A stretch of DNA of 64,000 bases, from positions 192,001 through 256,000 of the forward strand of contig CAUVWX020000002.1 in assembly GCA_963555815.3 (NCBI GenBank), read 5' to 3'. Under the pieces are notes generated by a model. That model did not search any database. It saw only the letters and a program-made list of their open reading frames with translations, and had not been told where the DNA came from. The stretch's first letter is position 1, and each line of letters opens with the position of its first letter. Source of the stretch: a bacterium (GTDB lineage Bacteria > UBA8248 > JACPRG01 > G963555815). This document shows positions 52,939 to 62,185 of the stretch, in pieces. The position numbers were made by a program, and so were the translations under genes.

Positions 52939-53723
52939 TCCCCCTGTGCGCCGGGACTTGTTGACGGGACGGCTTCTTGGGCCTCCACGAGGCCTTCAAA
53001 TTGGGTAAGCTGAATTTTGTCCAGGTCTGGAAGACGTCGGACCTTCTCCAGGAAGCGCTCGCCTTCTCGATAAGCCATCTCGTTTAGCTCGGGTGCGACC
53101 CGGAAGGCCGCGGTGACTCCGCTCTCAAAGGCTCCTCGGACGAAGGGGGCCATCCACCGGAGGAGGGTGCCAAAGAAGCGGTTCTCAACGTGGAGATAGG
53201 CCCGAAGTCGAACCGTCTGTTCGTTGCCCAGATTTTCGATGGATACGGACTCGAACATCTCAAGGACGTATGAACGCGCCCGGAGTCTGATTCCTAAAAA
53301 ACGGAGGATCGGACGCTCAGATGTCCCTGTCGCCAGGTAGGCCACCCGCTCCGGCTGGCGTTCGGCAACCCAGAAGGTTCCGTGGTCGTGGCCGTAGGTG
53401 ATGTGGTAGCGCTCACCGTCCCTGTCGACCTGGAATTCATCCAGACCCAGCCCCCGGCTGACAGCCGCTGCAAAAGCGGGATGATCCACGAGGAAATGGA
53501 AGACAGCGGGGTCGGCCGGGAAGGTGACCTCACGATCGGTCTCTATCGTGACGTTGTTCAAGACCCCCTCGGCCATCGACCGGTCCTCCGGCCGATAGGC
53601 GTCCAGCGGAAAGATGCCCTCGGTCTGCGTCCCTGCGGGGATCTCGAGGAGGAGAATCGCGGGGACGAGAAGGGCGCTGAGGAGGAATTTGAGCATTAAA
53701 CGCCACCTCTTCTCAGGAGGCAC
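52935..53723 (-). CDS. Hypothetical exported protein
   Basis: 262-aa ORF with signal-like segment and host-like codon use; alternative start at 53696. Confidence 0.65.
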   Translation of the reverse strand: MPPEKRWRLMLKFLLSALLVPAILLLEIPAGTQTEGIFPLDAYRPEDRSMAEGVLNNVTIETDREVTFPADPAVFHFLVDHPAFAAAVSRGLGLDEFQVDRDGERYHITYGHDHGTFWVAERQPERVAYLATGTSERPILRFLGIRLRARSYVLEMFESVSIENLGNEQTVRLRAYLHVENRFFGTLLRWMAPFVRGAFESGVTAAFRVAPELNEMAYREGERFLEKVRRLPDLDKIQLTQFEGLVEAQEAVPSTSPGAQGD

Positions 53724-53970
53724 TCGACCCCCCTCTGCATAGCGTGTATTACACCTTTGTTATCATATAGATATATATTAATACTTGATTTAATATATAA
53801 TGCCATTCTACCTTTCAGCCGCCGGACCAAATCTTTTATGGTCTTAGCACGTCTGCATCGACAATCTCAACGCCTATGGCGTGGTCGAATCTATGGCTAA
53901 ATTTTGGTATCGTGTCATTCAATGCGACAACCGGGGTGGTTGGACAGGAATTTTAGCGGAGGGAGCCGCG

Positions 53971-54372
53971 ATGAAGCAGATCCTTTTTTTCATTTCTGTT
54001 CTCGCTTTCTTGGCGGGTGTTTTTAGTCTCTCTTGGGCCCAAGAGGCCCCCTCCCCGCTGAAGACGGCGAGCTCGGGCGAGCTGGGCGAAATCCTGACCG
54101 GGCCCAAGGAGATGACGCTCTATATTTTCGCCCTGGACAGAGAGCCGGGCGAAAGTGCGTGCAACGGCGCCTGTGCTCGGAACTGGCCGCCTTTTCAGCC
54201 AGCCTCGGACGCCCCGGCACCCGAGGGGCCCTTGAGCGTCATCACGCGCGAGGACGGGACAGAGCAGTACGCTTATCAGGGCAGGCCCCTTTATTACTGG
54301 TCGAGGGATAAGAAGCCTGGCGATACCAATGGGCACAACCTCGGAGGCGTGTGGGCCGTGGCGACACCCTAG
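53971..54372 (+). CDS. COG4315 secreted repeat protein (Yx(FWY)xxD)
   Basis: MTLYIFALD, C.GACA.NWPP, PLYYWSRDKKPGDTNG, GGVW. Confidence 0.9.
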   Translation: MKQILFFISVLAFLAGVFSLSWAQEAPSPLKTASSGELGEILTGPKEMTLYIFALDREPGESACNGACARNWPPFQPASDAPAPEGPLSVITREDGTEQYAYQGRPLYYWSRDKKPGDTNGHNLGGVWAVATP

Positions 54373-54470
54373 GCTGCGCAGTTTCTCCAACGGATGAGAT
54401 CGCCCCACAGTCGGGAAGACAATCTTCATGCGCCGGGAGATCTGAAGAGCGCCCGGCTGATTCGCCAAAC

Positions 54471-54509
54471 AAACGCCCCCGGGGGTTTTTCTCAGGGGGC
54501 GTTTTCTTT
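54471..54509 (+). terminator. Intrinsic terminator
   Basis: AAACGCCCCC...GGGGGCGTTT hairpin followed by TCTTT. Confidence 0.6.
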
Positions 54510-54588
54510 GTCGCGAGCATAGCTTCGCCCGCGCGGTGCCGGTATGATGATGCGTCTTCAACTTGCACCCTAAAGGGAGCCAACGGAA

Positions 54589-55044
54589 ATGGAAGGCGTC
54601 GTAGAATGGATATATACCGCTCCGGAAGGCGGCGTGGACATGAAGCAAGTTGACGAGATCGAAGCGGTGGCCCATCGCGGACTCCAGGGCGACCGTTATT
54701 CCAAGAGCGCCGGCTACTGGTCTGGCAGGGACGAGTGCGAGGTGACCCTGATAGAGGCCGAGGGTCTCGAGGAAATCCAGCGGACAACGGGCCTCCATGT
54801 CGGCAACGGTGAGCATCGGCGAAACCTGATCACCCGGGGCCTCAGGCTGGAGAGTTTGGCAGGAAGGCAGTTTCGGGTGGGCGAAGCGGTTTTGGAATAT
54901 GACAGGCTCCGGCCGCCGTGCGCCTATATTCAATCCATCACTGAACCGGGCATGACGAGGGCGCTCTTTGGCCGCAGCGGGATTTGCGCGAGGGTTGTCC
55001 AATCGGGCGTGATCCGCGCAAAGGATGCCATTGTGATCCTTTAA
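54589..55044 (+). CDS. MOSC-domain protein
   Basis: GLQGDRY, VTLIE, RRNLITRG, PC, G.I..GD-like end. Confidence 0.9.
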   Translation: MEGVVEWIYTAPEGGVDMKQVDEIEAVAHRGLQGDRYSKSAGYWSGRDECEVTLIEAEGLEEIQRTTGLHVGNGEHRRNLITRGLRLESLAGRQFRVGEAVLEYDRLRPPCAYIQSITEPGMTRALFGRSGICARVVQSGVIRAKDAIVIL

Positions 55045-55086
55045 TGTCCGAGGGCTGGAAATGCCGGCGAATACAAGGAGAGAACG

Positions 55087-55518
55087 ATGGTGAATATAGC
55101 GAGCAGGATGTGGGATCAGATAGGACTCAATCTTCTGCGCATCATGACAGGGTTTCTGATCGCCCCGCATGGCGCCCAAAAGCTTTTCGGCGTTCTGGGT
55201 GAGGAAGCGGTTGAGTTCCCTTCTCTCCAAGCACTGGCGGGGGGCCTGGAGTTATTCGGAGGCCTCGCGATCTTGTTGGGGTTCTACACGCGCTCAGCGG
55301 CGTTTCTGTTGGCGGGGGAGCTGGCCACGGCTTACTGGATGGTTCATGGCCCCAGAGCGTTTCTGCCAATCGTCAACCGTGGAGAGCTGGCTGTCCTGTT
55401 TTGTTTCGCCTTCTTTTTCTTGTTTACGAACGGAGGCGGCAATTTCTCGATTGACGGGTGGCTGCGATGGAGACGGAAGGGGCGGGTGAGCTGGAGAGAA
55501 AGGGACGTAGTGGCGTAG
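55087..55518 (+). CDS. DoxX-family membrane protein
   Basis: HGAQKLFG, ELFGG, TRSAAFLLAGE, NRGELA, G.FSID. Confidence 0.92.
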   Translation: MVNIASRMWDQIGLNLLRIMTGFLIAPHGAQKLFGVLGEEAVEFPSLQALAGGLELFGGLAILLGFYTRSAAFLLAGELATAYWMVHGPRAFLPIVNRGELAVLFCFAFFFLFTNGGGNFSIDGWLRWRRKGRVSWRERDVVA

Positions 55519-55643
55519 CTTTTCAGGTTCCAGCACCCTGCGGGGAGGTCTACATGGAGCCATGCCCTAGCCAAAAGGGGGATCAGGGCAAAGACGAGCC
55601 GAGGGCCTGCAGCTGTTAATCCCATCAAAGGGAGAGGGCAACC

Positions 55644-55835
55644 ATGGTGGCTTTTCTGATAGGCCTTGTAGAGGCGGCGAGCGTGATCGGAGTCATCAGC
55701 GTCATTCTGGGGATTATCGCAAAATTCACTGGCGGCATTCTGTGGACAGTGACCGCTCGGGCCTACTTGCGTTTTGCACGAACCAGCTTTCTGGGGGCAA
55801 TCGCGGTGGGCGTGCTGGCGGCGCTCCTCACTTAA
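55644..55835 (+). CDS. Small membrane protein (63 aa)
   Basis: GGAGAGG RBS; two hydrophobic helices. Confidence 0.6.
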   Translation: MVAFLIGLVEAASVIGVISVILGIIAKFTGGILWTVTARAYLRFARTSFLGAIAVGVLAALLT

Positions 55836-55918
55836 GCTGCACTCCCAGCTGTTGGATCCTGTGTGAACACCCGGGTCATTGACGCCGGAGTCGGCGTCAG
55901 CTAAGTATCTACATCTGT

Positions 55919-55995
55919 GCCCCCGTAGCTCAGCGGGACAGAGCGAGGGATTCCTAATCCCTAGGCCGCGCGTTCGAGTCGCGCCGGGGGCACCA
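55919..55995 (+). tRNA. tRNA-Arg(CCU)
   Basis: Acceptor GCCCCCG/CGGGGGC, anticodon arm AGGGA-TT CCT AA-TCCCT, TTCGAGT, CCA. Confidence 0.95.
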
Positions 55996-56113
55996 TTAAA
56001 CGATCCGTCTTGCCTTTTCTCTAAGCACATATTAAAAGTGCCAGGGAGGAATGGAGGAGTTCTCCGCCAGATTTTGGCTGAACTCCAAGCCCTTCATTAA
56101 GGAGGAAACCTCC

Positions 56114-57091
56114 ATGAGGCGTTTTTGGAAAATGGGGGTCTTGGCAGTTTTTCTGAGCGCCTTTGCGACTGTCGCCGGGGCCGAGCAAGAGGTCTGGGTC
56201 ACCAACATGAGATCCGGCGACGTCACGGTCTTCGACGGCCGGACCCTCAAAACCCTTTCCACCGTCCCAGCGGGCGATGGCGCCCGCCACGTCTCCTTCA
56301 GCAGGGATGGCAGGTTCGCCCTTGTCGCCAACGTCGGGGCCGACAACGTGAGCCTCATCGACGCCAGGGCGATAAAAAAGATGGACGACATCCCGGCGGG
56401 CCCAAAAGCCCATCACGCCCTCTTTTTGCCCGACGGAAGGACGGCTTACGCCTCGAACATGGGGGCAAACAGCGTCACCGTGATTGACCTCGTCTCCCGA
56501 AAGCCCCTTAAAACCCTGGTCACGGGAGAGGGGGCCACGATGACCGCGTTGCTCAAGGGAGACAAGATGGCCTATGTGCTCAATGCCGAGGCTGGGAACA
56601 TTGCGCTCGTGGACCTGAAGAACCACAGCGTCGTGAAGATTTTTAGGGGAGGGAAGGGCGCCGAGGTTATCAGGTTCTCGCCCGACAGGAAGACGGCCTG
56701 GATCAGCGCGGGTGAAGAGGATGTCGTCATCGCCATTGACACGGAGACTCATGAGGAGATCGCGCGCGTGCCTCTCCCGGGGAATCCTCACGGAATCATC
56801 TTGAGCCCGGATGGAAAGCGGGTCTACGTGGCAGTTCGGCAAAGAAACGAGATCGTTGTCCTAGACACCAAAAGCAAGAAGGTCATCAAGAGGGCCTCGG
56901 TGGGGATGCGGCCGGACATGGTGGTGAGATCCGACAGCGGGAGGACGCTCTATGTCACGAGCCGCAGCGAGAACAAACTCCTCGCCGTAGACACCGCTAC
57001 CCTTGAGGTCATCGCCCAAGCCGACACGGGCGACGAGCCCCACGGGATCGCCATTCGCCCTGAAGGCGGCAGAAATCCTTGCGGGTTTTAA
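56114..57091 (+). CDS. Secreted YVTN-type beta-propeller (YncE-like)
   Basis: Signal peptide; about 7 blades with SPDG..YV.N and VID repeats; AAGGAGG RBS. Confidence 0.88.
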   Translation: MRRFWKMGVLAVFLSAFATVAGAEQEVWVTNMRSGDVTVFDGRTLKTLSTVPAGDGARHVSFSRDGRFALVANVGADNVSLIDARAIKKMDDIPAGPKAHHALFLPDGRTAYASNMGANSVTVIDLVSRKPLKTLVTGEGATMTALLKGDKMAYVLNAEAGNIALVDLKNHSVVKIFRGGKGAEVIRFSPDRKTAWISAGEEDVVIAIDTETHEEIARVPLPGNPHGIILSPDGKRVYVAVRQRNEIVVLDTKSKKVIKRASVGMRPDMVVRSDSGRTLYVTSRSENKLLAVDTATLEVIAQADTGDEPHGIAIRPEGGRNPCGF

Positions 57092-57158
57092 TTTAAGTCA
57101 ATTCTTTCGGACGCTGGCAGGTGTAATCTTTTTTCCCACTTCAAGGAAATCCTAAACC

Positions 57159-58154
57159 ATGACGCTTCAGATCGCCCTCGGCCTTCCGATGGGCCTTCTT
57201 TTTGGAATCGTCTTGCAGCGGGGGCGTTTCTGCATGAACACCGCCTTCCGGGAGGTGATGGTCTCCCGAGACGTCGCTCTCTTTCAGGCGTATCTGGTGG
57301 CGGTGGTCGTGCAATCCGTGCTCATTCAGCTGGGCGCCTCTCTGGGGCTGCTTGAGATGTCGCTGATTCCCTTCTACTGGCGGGCGGCGGTGGTTGGGGG
57401 GCTGATCTTCGGCATGGGGATGACCCTGGCTGGGGGCTGCACCACAGGGACGTGGTACCGCGTCGGAGAGGGGATGATCGGCTCATTCGTGGCGCTGGTG
57501 GGTTTTGGCCTTTCGGCCTCGGCGACGCGCTGGGGGCTTCTCAGACCATTGGGGTTGGCGGTCCGGGGGTCGACGCCTCTGGAGATCGGAGGCGAGGTTC
57601 CCACCCTGGCGAACCTCCTCAACGTGAACCCCTGGGTAATCATCGGATTGGTGGCGGCAGGCGTGGCCGTGTGGGTGCTCAGAAGGCCGGGAAAACCCTC
57701 CCTTTTTGGCTGGAGCTGGGGGAAGACCGGCCTCCTGATCGGCCTGCTGGCGGCGGCGGCCTGGTACATCTCAGGCCTCACTGGGCGCCACTATGGGTTC
57801 TCCATCACGGGCCCGACAGCCAACATGGTGAATTTCGCCATCGCCCGGGAGCCTGTATCGCTGAGCTGGGCGGTCTTTGTGGTCCTGGCCATTCCCTTCG
57901 GGGCGTTCGCGGCGGCGAAATGGAGCGGCGAGTTTGCTTGGCGCGCACCGTCGCCCAAAAAATTTCCCCAACAGTTCGTGGGCGGGATCCTAATGGGCTT
58001 TGGCGCGGTGACTGCGGGGGGTTGCAACATTGGCCACGGCCTGACAGGGCTCTCAGCCTTCGCGGTGAGCAGCCTGGTGGCCACCGTCTTCACCATCCTC
58101 GGCGTGTGGACGGGCACCTACGTGTTTTTCGTGCGAAGGGCTCGAGGGACGTGA
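57159..58154 (+). CDS. YeeE/YedE family sulfur (thiosulfate) transporter
   Basis: Three conserved Cys: RFCMN, GGCTTG, GGCNIG; multiple TM helices. Confidence 0.93.
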   Translation: MTLQIALGLPMGLLFGIVLQRGRFCMNTAFREVMVSRDVALFQAYLVAVVVQSVLIQLGASLGLLEMSLIPFYWRAAVVGGLIFGMGMTLAGGCTTGTWYRVGEGMIGSFVALVGFGLSASATRWGLLRPLGLAVRGSTPLEIGGEVPTLANLLNVNPWVIIGLVAAGVAVWVLRRPGKPSLFGWSWGKTGLLIGLLAAAAWYISGLTGRHYGFSITGPTANMVNFAIAREPVSLSWAVFVVLAIPFGAFAAAKWSGEFAWRAPSPKKFPQQFVGGILMGFGAVTAGGCNIGHGLTGLSAFAVSSLVATVFTILGVWTGTYVFFVRRARGT

Positions 58155-58375
58155 CGGAGCGCACGCTGGCCCTGCACGGGGTCATCTGCCCTGACCCCCT
58201 CCTTCAGGTTCAGTCGGCCATGCGGGCCCTGGCGAAGGGAGACCGGCTAGTCGTCCTCCTGGATTATCCGCTCTCTGTGGACACCATTAGTCGCTGGGCT
58301 CAGGGCAACGGGCATGAAACCGAGTTGGAAAAGACGGGTTCGAGCGAGTGGCGACTGGTGTTGATTAGAGGCTAA
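58151..58375 (+). CDS. TusA/YeeD family sulfurtransferase
   Basis: MTERTLALHGVICPDPLL (CPxP); GTGA overlap with the yeeE stop; 3' part of ORF 57452..58375. Confidence 0.9.
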   Translation: MTERTLALHGVICPDPLLQVQSAMRALAKGDRLVVLLDYPLSVDTISRWAQGNGHETELEKTGSSEWRLVLIRG

Positions 58376-58568
58376 AAGGCTTTAATTTCAAAGTATTACA
58401 TGCCAATATCTAATGTACTATAATAGGATTTACGGCCCTCGATCTTACCGATGGCTTTTCGACGGCCTTCTCATCATGAATTTGAAATGTCAGACAACTC
58501 TCCGGCGTGGAGAAACAGTCTCCCTTTGGACCTTGAAGGTTTTAGGCCCTAAAACTAACAGCCCTGAC

Positions 58569-58841
58569 TTAGGCCAGGGCCTCCTTGAGCTTGCCCGCGG
58601 GCGAGAATTTCGGGACGTTTCGGGCTGAGATCTGGACGGGCTCCCCAGTCCTCGGGTTTCTCCCCACTTTTGCCTTTCGATGGCTGACTGAAAAGCTCCC
58701 GAATCCCGACAGGACCACCCTGTCGCCCCGCGTCAGGCCTGTGAGGATAGCCTCAAGGACTCCATCAATCGCCTTCTCGGCCCGGTCCTTTGGGATGTCC
58801 GCGTAGCTTGCGACGGCCTCGACGATGTCCCCTTTGTTCAC
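58569..58841 (-). CDS. hup: DNA-binding protein HU
   Basis: MNKGDIV...GFGSF...GRNPRTGE...PKFSPAGKLK; GTG start after GGAGGAG. Confidence 0.95.
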   Translation of the reverse strand: MNKGDIVEAVASYADIPKDRAEKAIDGVLEAILTGLTRGDRVVLSGFGSFSVSHRKAKVGRNPRTGEPVQISARNVPKFSPAGKLKEALA

Positions 58842-59084
58842 GTTCTCTCCTCCCATTCTGGGCCACAATATCTTGTGGCTTTACCCAATTCTCGTTCAAT
58901 ATGTGGTATTTTGGGGGAGTTTGTCAACCATTTTCTGGGCCGCTGGGGGGGGTCTCATTTTTGGGGAGAAATGAAGGGTTTTTGAAAATCCCGCTGAAAG
59001 AGCTGAGAAGTGTGTGGGAATCTCCCGAAAATCGCCAGATTCCTTTAGTCCACAGTCCCTGACCCTGTCGTGTGCTCCTTTTTT

Positions 59085-59765
59085 TCATCTCTCTCCACCC
59101 TCCAATAGGAGGCTTTCTCGGATGAGGCGCTCTGCCTCTCGGAGGTCTTCTTTCACCCGGGCGACGGCCATTTCAGGGGTGAAGTGGGCGCGTCTTTTCT
59201 CAAAGGCCCTGGGGTAGAGGCCTCGCGCGATCTCCTCCGGGCCGTCGCCGGCGCCAGCGCGATCCCAGACCTCTAAATACCTTTCGAAGATCTTCAATTC
59301 TTCGTGCTCTTCCTCTCCAGGGGCTTCGGCCAGGGTTGGCTGGTGTTCGCGGTGCCTCCCGAGGAGATCTTCCAGGAAGAGGGAAAGGAGCGGGACGAGA
59401 TAGCTCAGGGGAGCCCTGAGGTCCACCTCCAGAGTGACCCGGTAGGGGTTTTCTTCCCCCTCGGAGATTTTGAAGGCGGGAAACCCTGAGATCTCGGGGT
59501 GGTCGCTGTAGGGATACATAATGGGAAGGTGAATCCCCTCGGCGCCCTGAGTGGGATCGGGAAGGGCCCCCAGACGGTATTTCGCCATGAGTCGGAAGGT
59601 TTCGTCCCGCACCGGCTGGGCCTCGGAAGTTCCGTGGGTCTCAAGGAGTTGGTGGTAGTGGGCATAGTCCTGGCGGTAGTCCTCATTTCGCCTGAGAAAC
59701 TCCCAGCGAAGGTCGAGCAGTTCCCGCAGTTGCAGGAGGAACTCTTTCTTGATAGTGCGAGGCAT
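59085..59765 (-). CDS. DUF6499/DUF2285-like (FseA-like) putative transcriptional activator
   Basis: WEFLRRNEDYRQDY N-terminal motif; C-terminal YLEVWD..AG...EEIARGLY...ARVKEDLREAERLI HTH-like region. Confidence 0.62.
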   Translation of the reverse strand: MPRTIKKEFLLQLRELLDLRWEFLRRNEDYRQDYAHYHQLLETHGTSEAQPVRDETFRLMAKYRLGALPDPTQGAEGIHLPIMYPYSDHPEISGFPAFKISEGEENPYRVTLEVDLRAPLSYLVPLLSLFLEDLLGRHREHQPTLAEAPGEEEHEELKIFERYLEVWDRAGAGDGPEEIARGLYPRAFEKRRAHFTPEMAVARVKEDLREAERLIRESLLLEGGER

Positions 59766-60135
59766 GATTTAATCTCAGTTCCACAGGGCGTGAAGAGAAT
59801 CCATAGGGTATGAATTCTACCGCATGCTCTTTTTTATCGCATGCTGGGTTGGTTTTTTTCTCGAGTCCCTTCGGCGGATCTGGATTCCGAAGGCTTTTTG
59901 GAACGCTTCGCGGTTCTTTGCAGGTTGCCCAGATTGGCCCTTTTGAAGGAGCTGAGGGGTGAAAGATTTAAAAAACCAAGAAAAGCCTTTCAAAATTGAT
60001 GGGATTTGATTAAATTAGTGGGATAGATTCTCTTCGCGCAAAAGGAGCCCAGGGAACCACCATTGCTGGGCTGAAATAACCAAGAGGACTCAGTTCCTGT
60101 CTGGATTGTGTTTCTGAAAAACAAGGAGGTCCCTT

Positions 60136-61188
60136 TTGGCTGGGGTTACGAAGCAGAAGAAGGCGACCGCTCGTCCAAAGGGGGGCGCGGCGAAAAGTAC
60201 GAAGAACGAGATCCCGCTTCCGGCGAAAGAGCTCCGTAAGCTCCTCCGGAAGATGCAACTTCTCCGCGCATTTGAGGAGGCGACGAGGGCCAAATACCTG
60301 GAAGGGAAGGTGTACGGCTTTTGCCACCTCTATCTGGGGCAGGAGGCTACTGCGGTCGGCTCCATTTCCATCCTTAGGCCTGATGATTATGTCATTTCCA
60401 GCTATCGTGACCACGGACACTGTCTTTCGGTGGGAACGGACTCGGGCCGCATCATGGCGGAGCTCTTCGGCCGTGAGACGGGCGTCTCCAAGGGACGGGG
60501 CGGCTCCATGCACCTCTTCGACGCCGAGCGGAACTTCCTCGGGGGGGATGCCATCGTGGCCGGTCAAATCCCCCTCGCCGTCGGTGTTTCCGTGGCCCTG
60601 AAGCAATTGGGAAAAGGGCAGGTCATCCTTTGCTTTTTTGGGGATGGCGCATTGAACGAAGGTGGCTTCCATGAGTCCATGAACTTGGCCTCCCTGTGGA
60701 AGCTTCCTATTATCTTTATTTGCGAGAACAACATCTACGGGATGGGGACCTCCATCGAACGGGCCTCGGCCGTCACCCAGGCCACCAGGCGGGCCGATGC
60801 TTATGACATGGCGACGGACCGGATCGACGGGATGGACGTCCTGGCCGTCCGGATGGCCACCGAGAAAGCGCTCCGGAGGGCCCGCGAGGAGAACCTGCCG
60901 ACCTTCTTGGAGATGATCTGCTACCGGTTCGTCGGTCACTCCATGATGGATCCGGCCAAGTACCGGACTCGGGATGAAATCGAAGAATGGGTCCGCAGGG
61001 ACCCCATCGAGCAGCTCAAGGCAAGGATGACGGGGTGGAGCCTGCTGACAAAGGCCGATTGGGAGGCCATGGTCAAGGACGTGGAACGAGAGGTGGCTGA
61101 AGCCGTCGCCTTCGCCGAGACCTCTCCCGAGCCTCAGATCGCCACCCTGGAAGACTGGGTATACTCCGACCCGGGAAAGGGGGTCTGA
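60136..61188 (+). CDS. pdhA: Pyruvate dehydrogenase E1 alpha
   Basis: GFCHLYLGQEA, GRGGSMH, GDGA..N TPP motif, YRFVGHSMMDP. Confidence 0.95.
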   Translation: MAGVTKQKKATARPKGGAAKSTKNEIPLPAKELRKLLRKMQLLRAFEEATRAKYLEGKVYGFCHLYLGQEATAVGSISILRPDDYVISSYRDHGHCLSVGTDSGRIMAELFGRETGVSKGRGGSMHLFDAERNFLGGDAIVAGQIPLAVGVSVALKQLGKGQVILCFFGDGALNEGGFHESMNLASLWKLPIIFICENNIYGMGTSIERASAVTQATRRADAYDMATDRIDGMDVLAVRMATEKALRRAREENLPTFLEMICYRFVGHSMMDPAKYRTRDEIEEWVRRDPIEQLKARMTGWSLLTKADWEAMVKDVEREVAEAVAFAETSPEPQIATLEDWVYSDPGKGV

Positions 61189-62168
61189 TGGAGATCACCA
61201 CTCGCGAGGCCTTGAATCAGGCTCTTCGGGAAGAGATGCAGCGGGACGAGCGCGTCTTCATAGTCGGAGAAGATGTGGCGGAGTACGACGGGGCCTACAA
61301 GGTGAGCCGAGGTCTCCTGAAGGAATTCGGGCCGGGCCGGGTGATGGACACTCCCATCTCCGAAGAGGTTATCGCGGGTGTGGGGGTCGGGTCCGCTTTG
61401 GTGGGCTTTCGGCCGGTCGTCGAGTTCATGACAGTAAATTTCTCCCTTCTGGCCATGGATCAGATCATCAACCATGCGGCCAAGTGGCGCTATATGTCGG
61501 GAGGCCAGTTCAAGGTCCCGGTCGTGTTTCGGATGCCGGGGGGGGCGGGCCTCAGCCTAGGAGCGCAGCATTCCCACAGTCTCGAGGCCATCTTCACGCA
61601 CATCCCAGGCCTCAAAGTGGTCGCCCCAGGCTCCCCGCGGGATGCCAAGGGGCTTCTCAAGTCGGCCATCCGGGACGATGACCCGGTCATCTTTCTGGAA
61701 AACGAGATGCTCTACAATCTCAAGGGGGAAGTCCCGGAAGGAGAATACCTCATCCCCTTGGGCTTAGCTGAGGTGAAGCGGGAAGGCAGTGATGTGACCC
61801 TCATCGCCTACCGGCGGATGCTCCAGATGGCCCTGATGGCGGCCGACCTCCTTGCAAAGGAGGGGATCGAGGCAGAGGTCGTGGACCCGAGGACGCTGCG
61901 TCCCCTCGACCTGGAGACACTGGTGAAGTCCGTTCGCAAGACGGGCCGGGCGGTGGTCGTCCACGAGGGATGGGCCCGATGTGGCGTTGGGGGCGACATC
62001 GCCAACCTTCTCTACGGGGCTGCCTTCGATCACCTGGACGCCCCGATCCAAGTGGTCTCCGCGGTGGAGGTCCCAATGCCCTACAACCAGGCCCTGGAGC
62101 AAGCGGCCATCCCCTCGCCGGAGAAAGTGGCTGCTGCGGCAAGGGCCGTTCTCTCTATGGCCTCCTAG
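61188..62168 (+). CDS. pdhB: Pyruvate dehydrogenase E1 beta
   Basis: GEDV..YDGAYKV, DTPISE, EFMTVNF, AQHSHS. Confidence 0.95.
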   Translation: MEITTREALNQALREEMQRDERVFIVGEDVAEYDGAYKVSRGLLKEFGPGRVMDTPISEEVIAGVGVGSALVGFRPVVEFMTVNFSLLAMDQIINHAAKWRYMSGGQFKVPVVFRMPGGAGLSLGAQHSHSLEAIFTHIPGLKVVAPGSPRDAKGLLKSAIRDDDPVIFLENEMLYNLKGEVPEGEYLIPLGLAEVKREGSDVTLIAYRRMLQMALMAADLLAKEGIEAEVVDPRTLRPLDLETLVKSVRKTGRAVVVHEGWARCGVGGDIANLLYGAAFDHLDAPIQVVSAVEVPMPYNQALEQAAIPSPEKVAAAARAVLSMAS

Positions 62169-62185
62169 TCTTTTAGCGAAAAGGC

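Noticed and set aside
53761..53800. oriC or dif site
   Set aside because: No DnaA boxes nearby, and the spacing and sequence do not fit the 11-6-11 XerC/XerD consensus.
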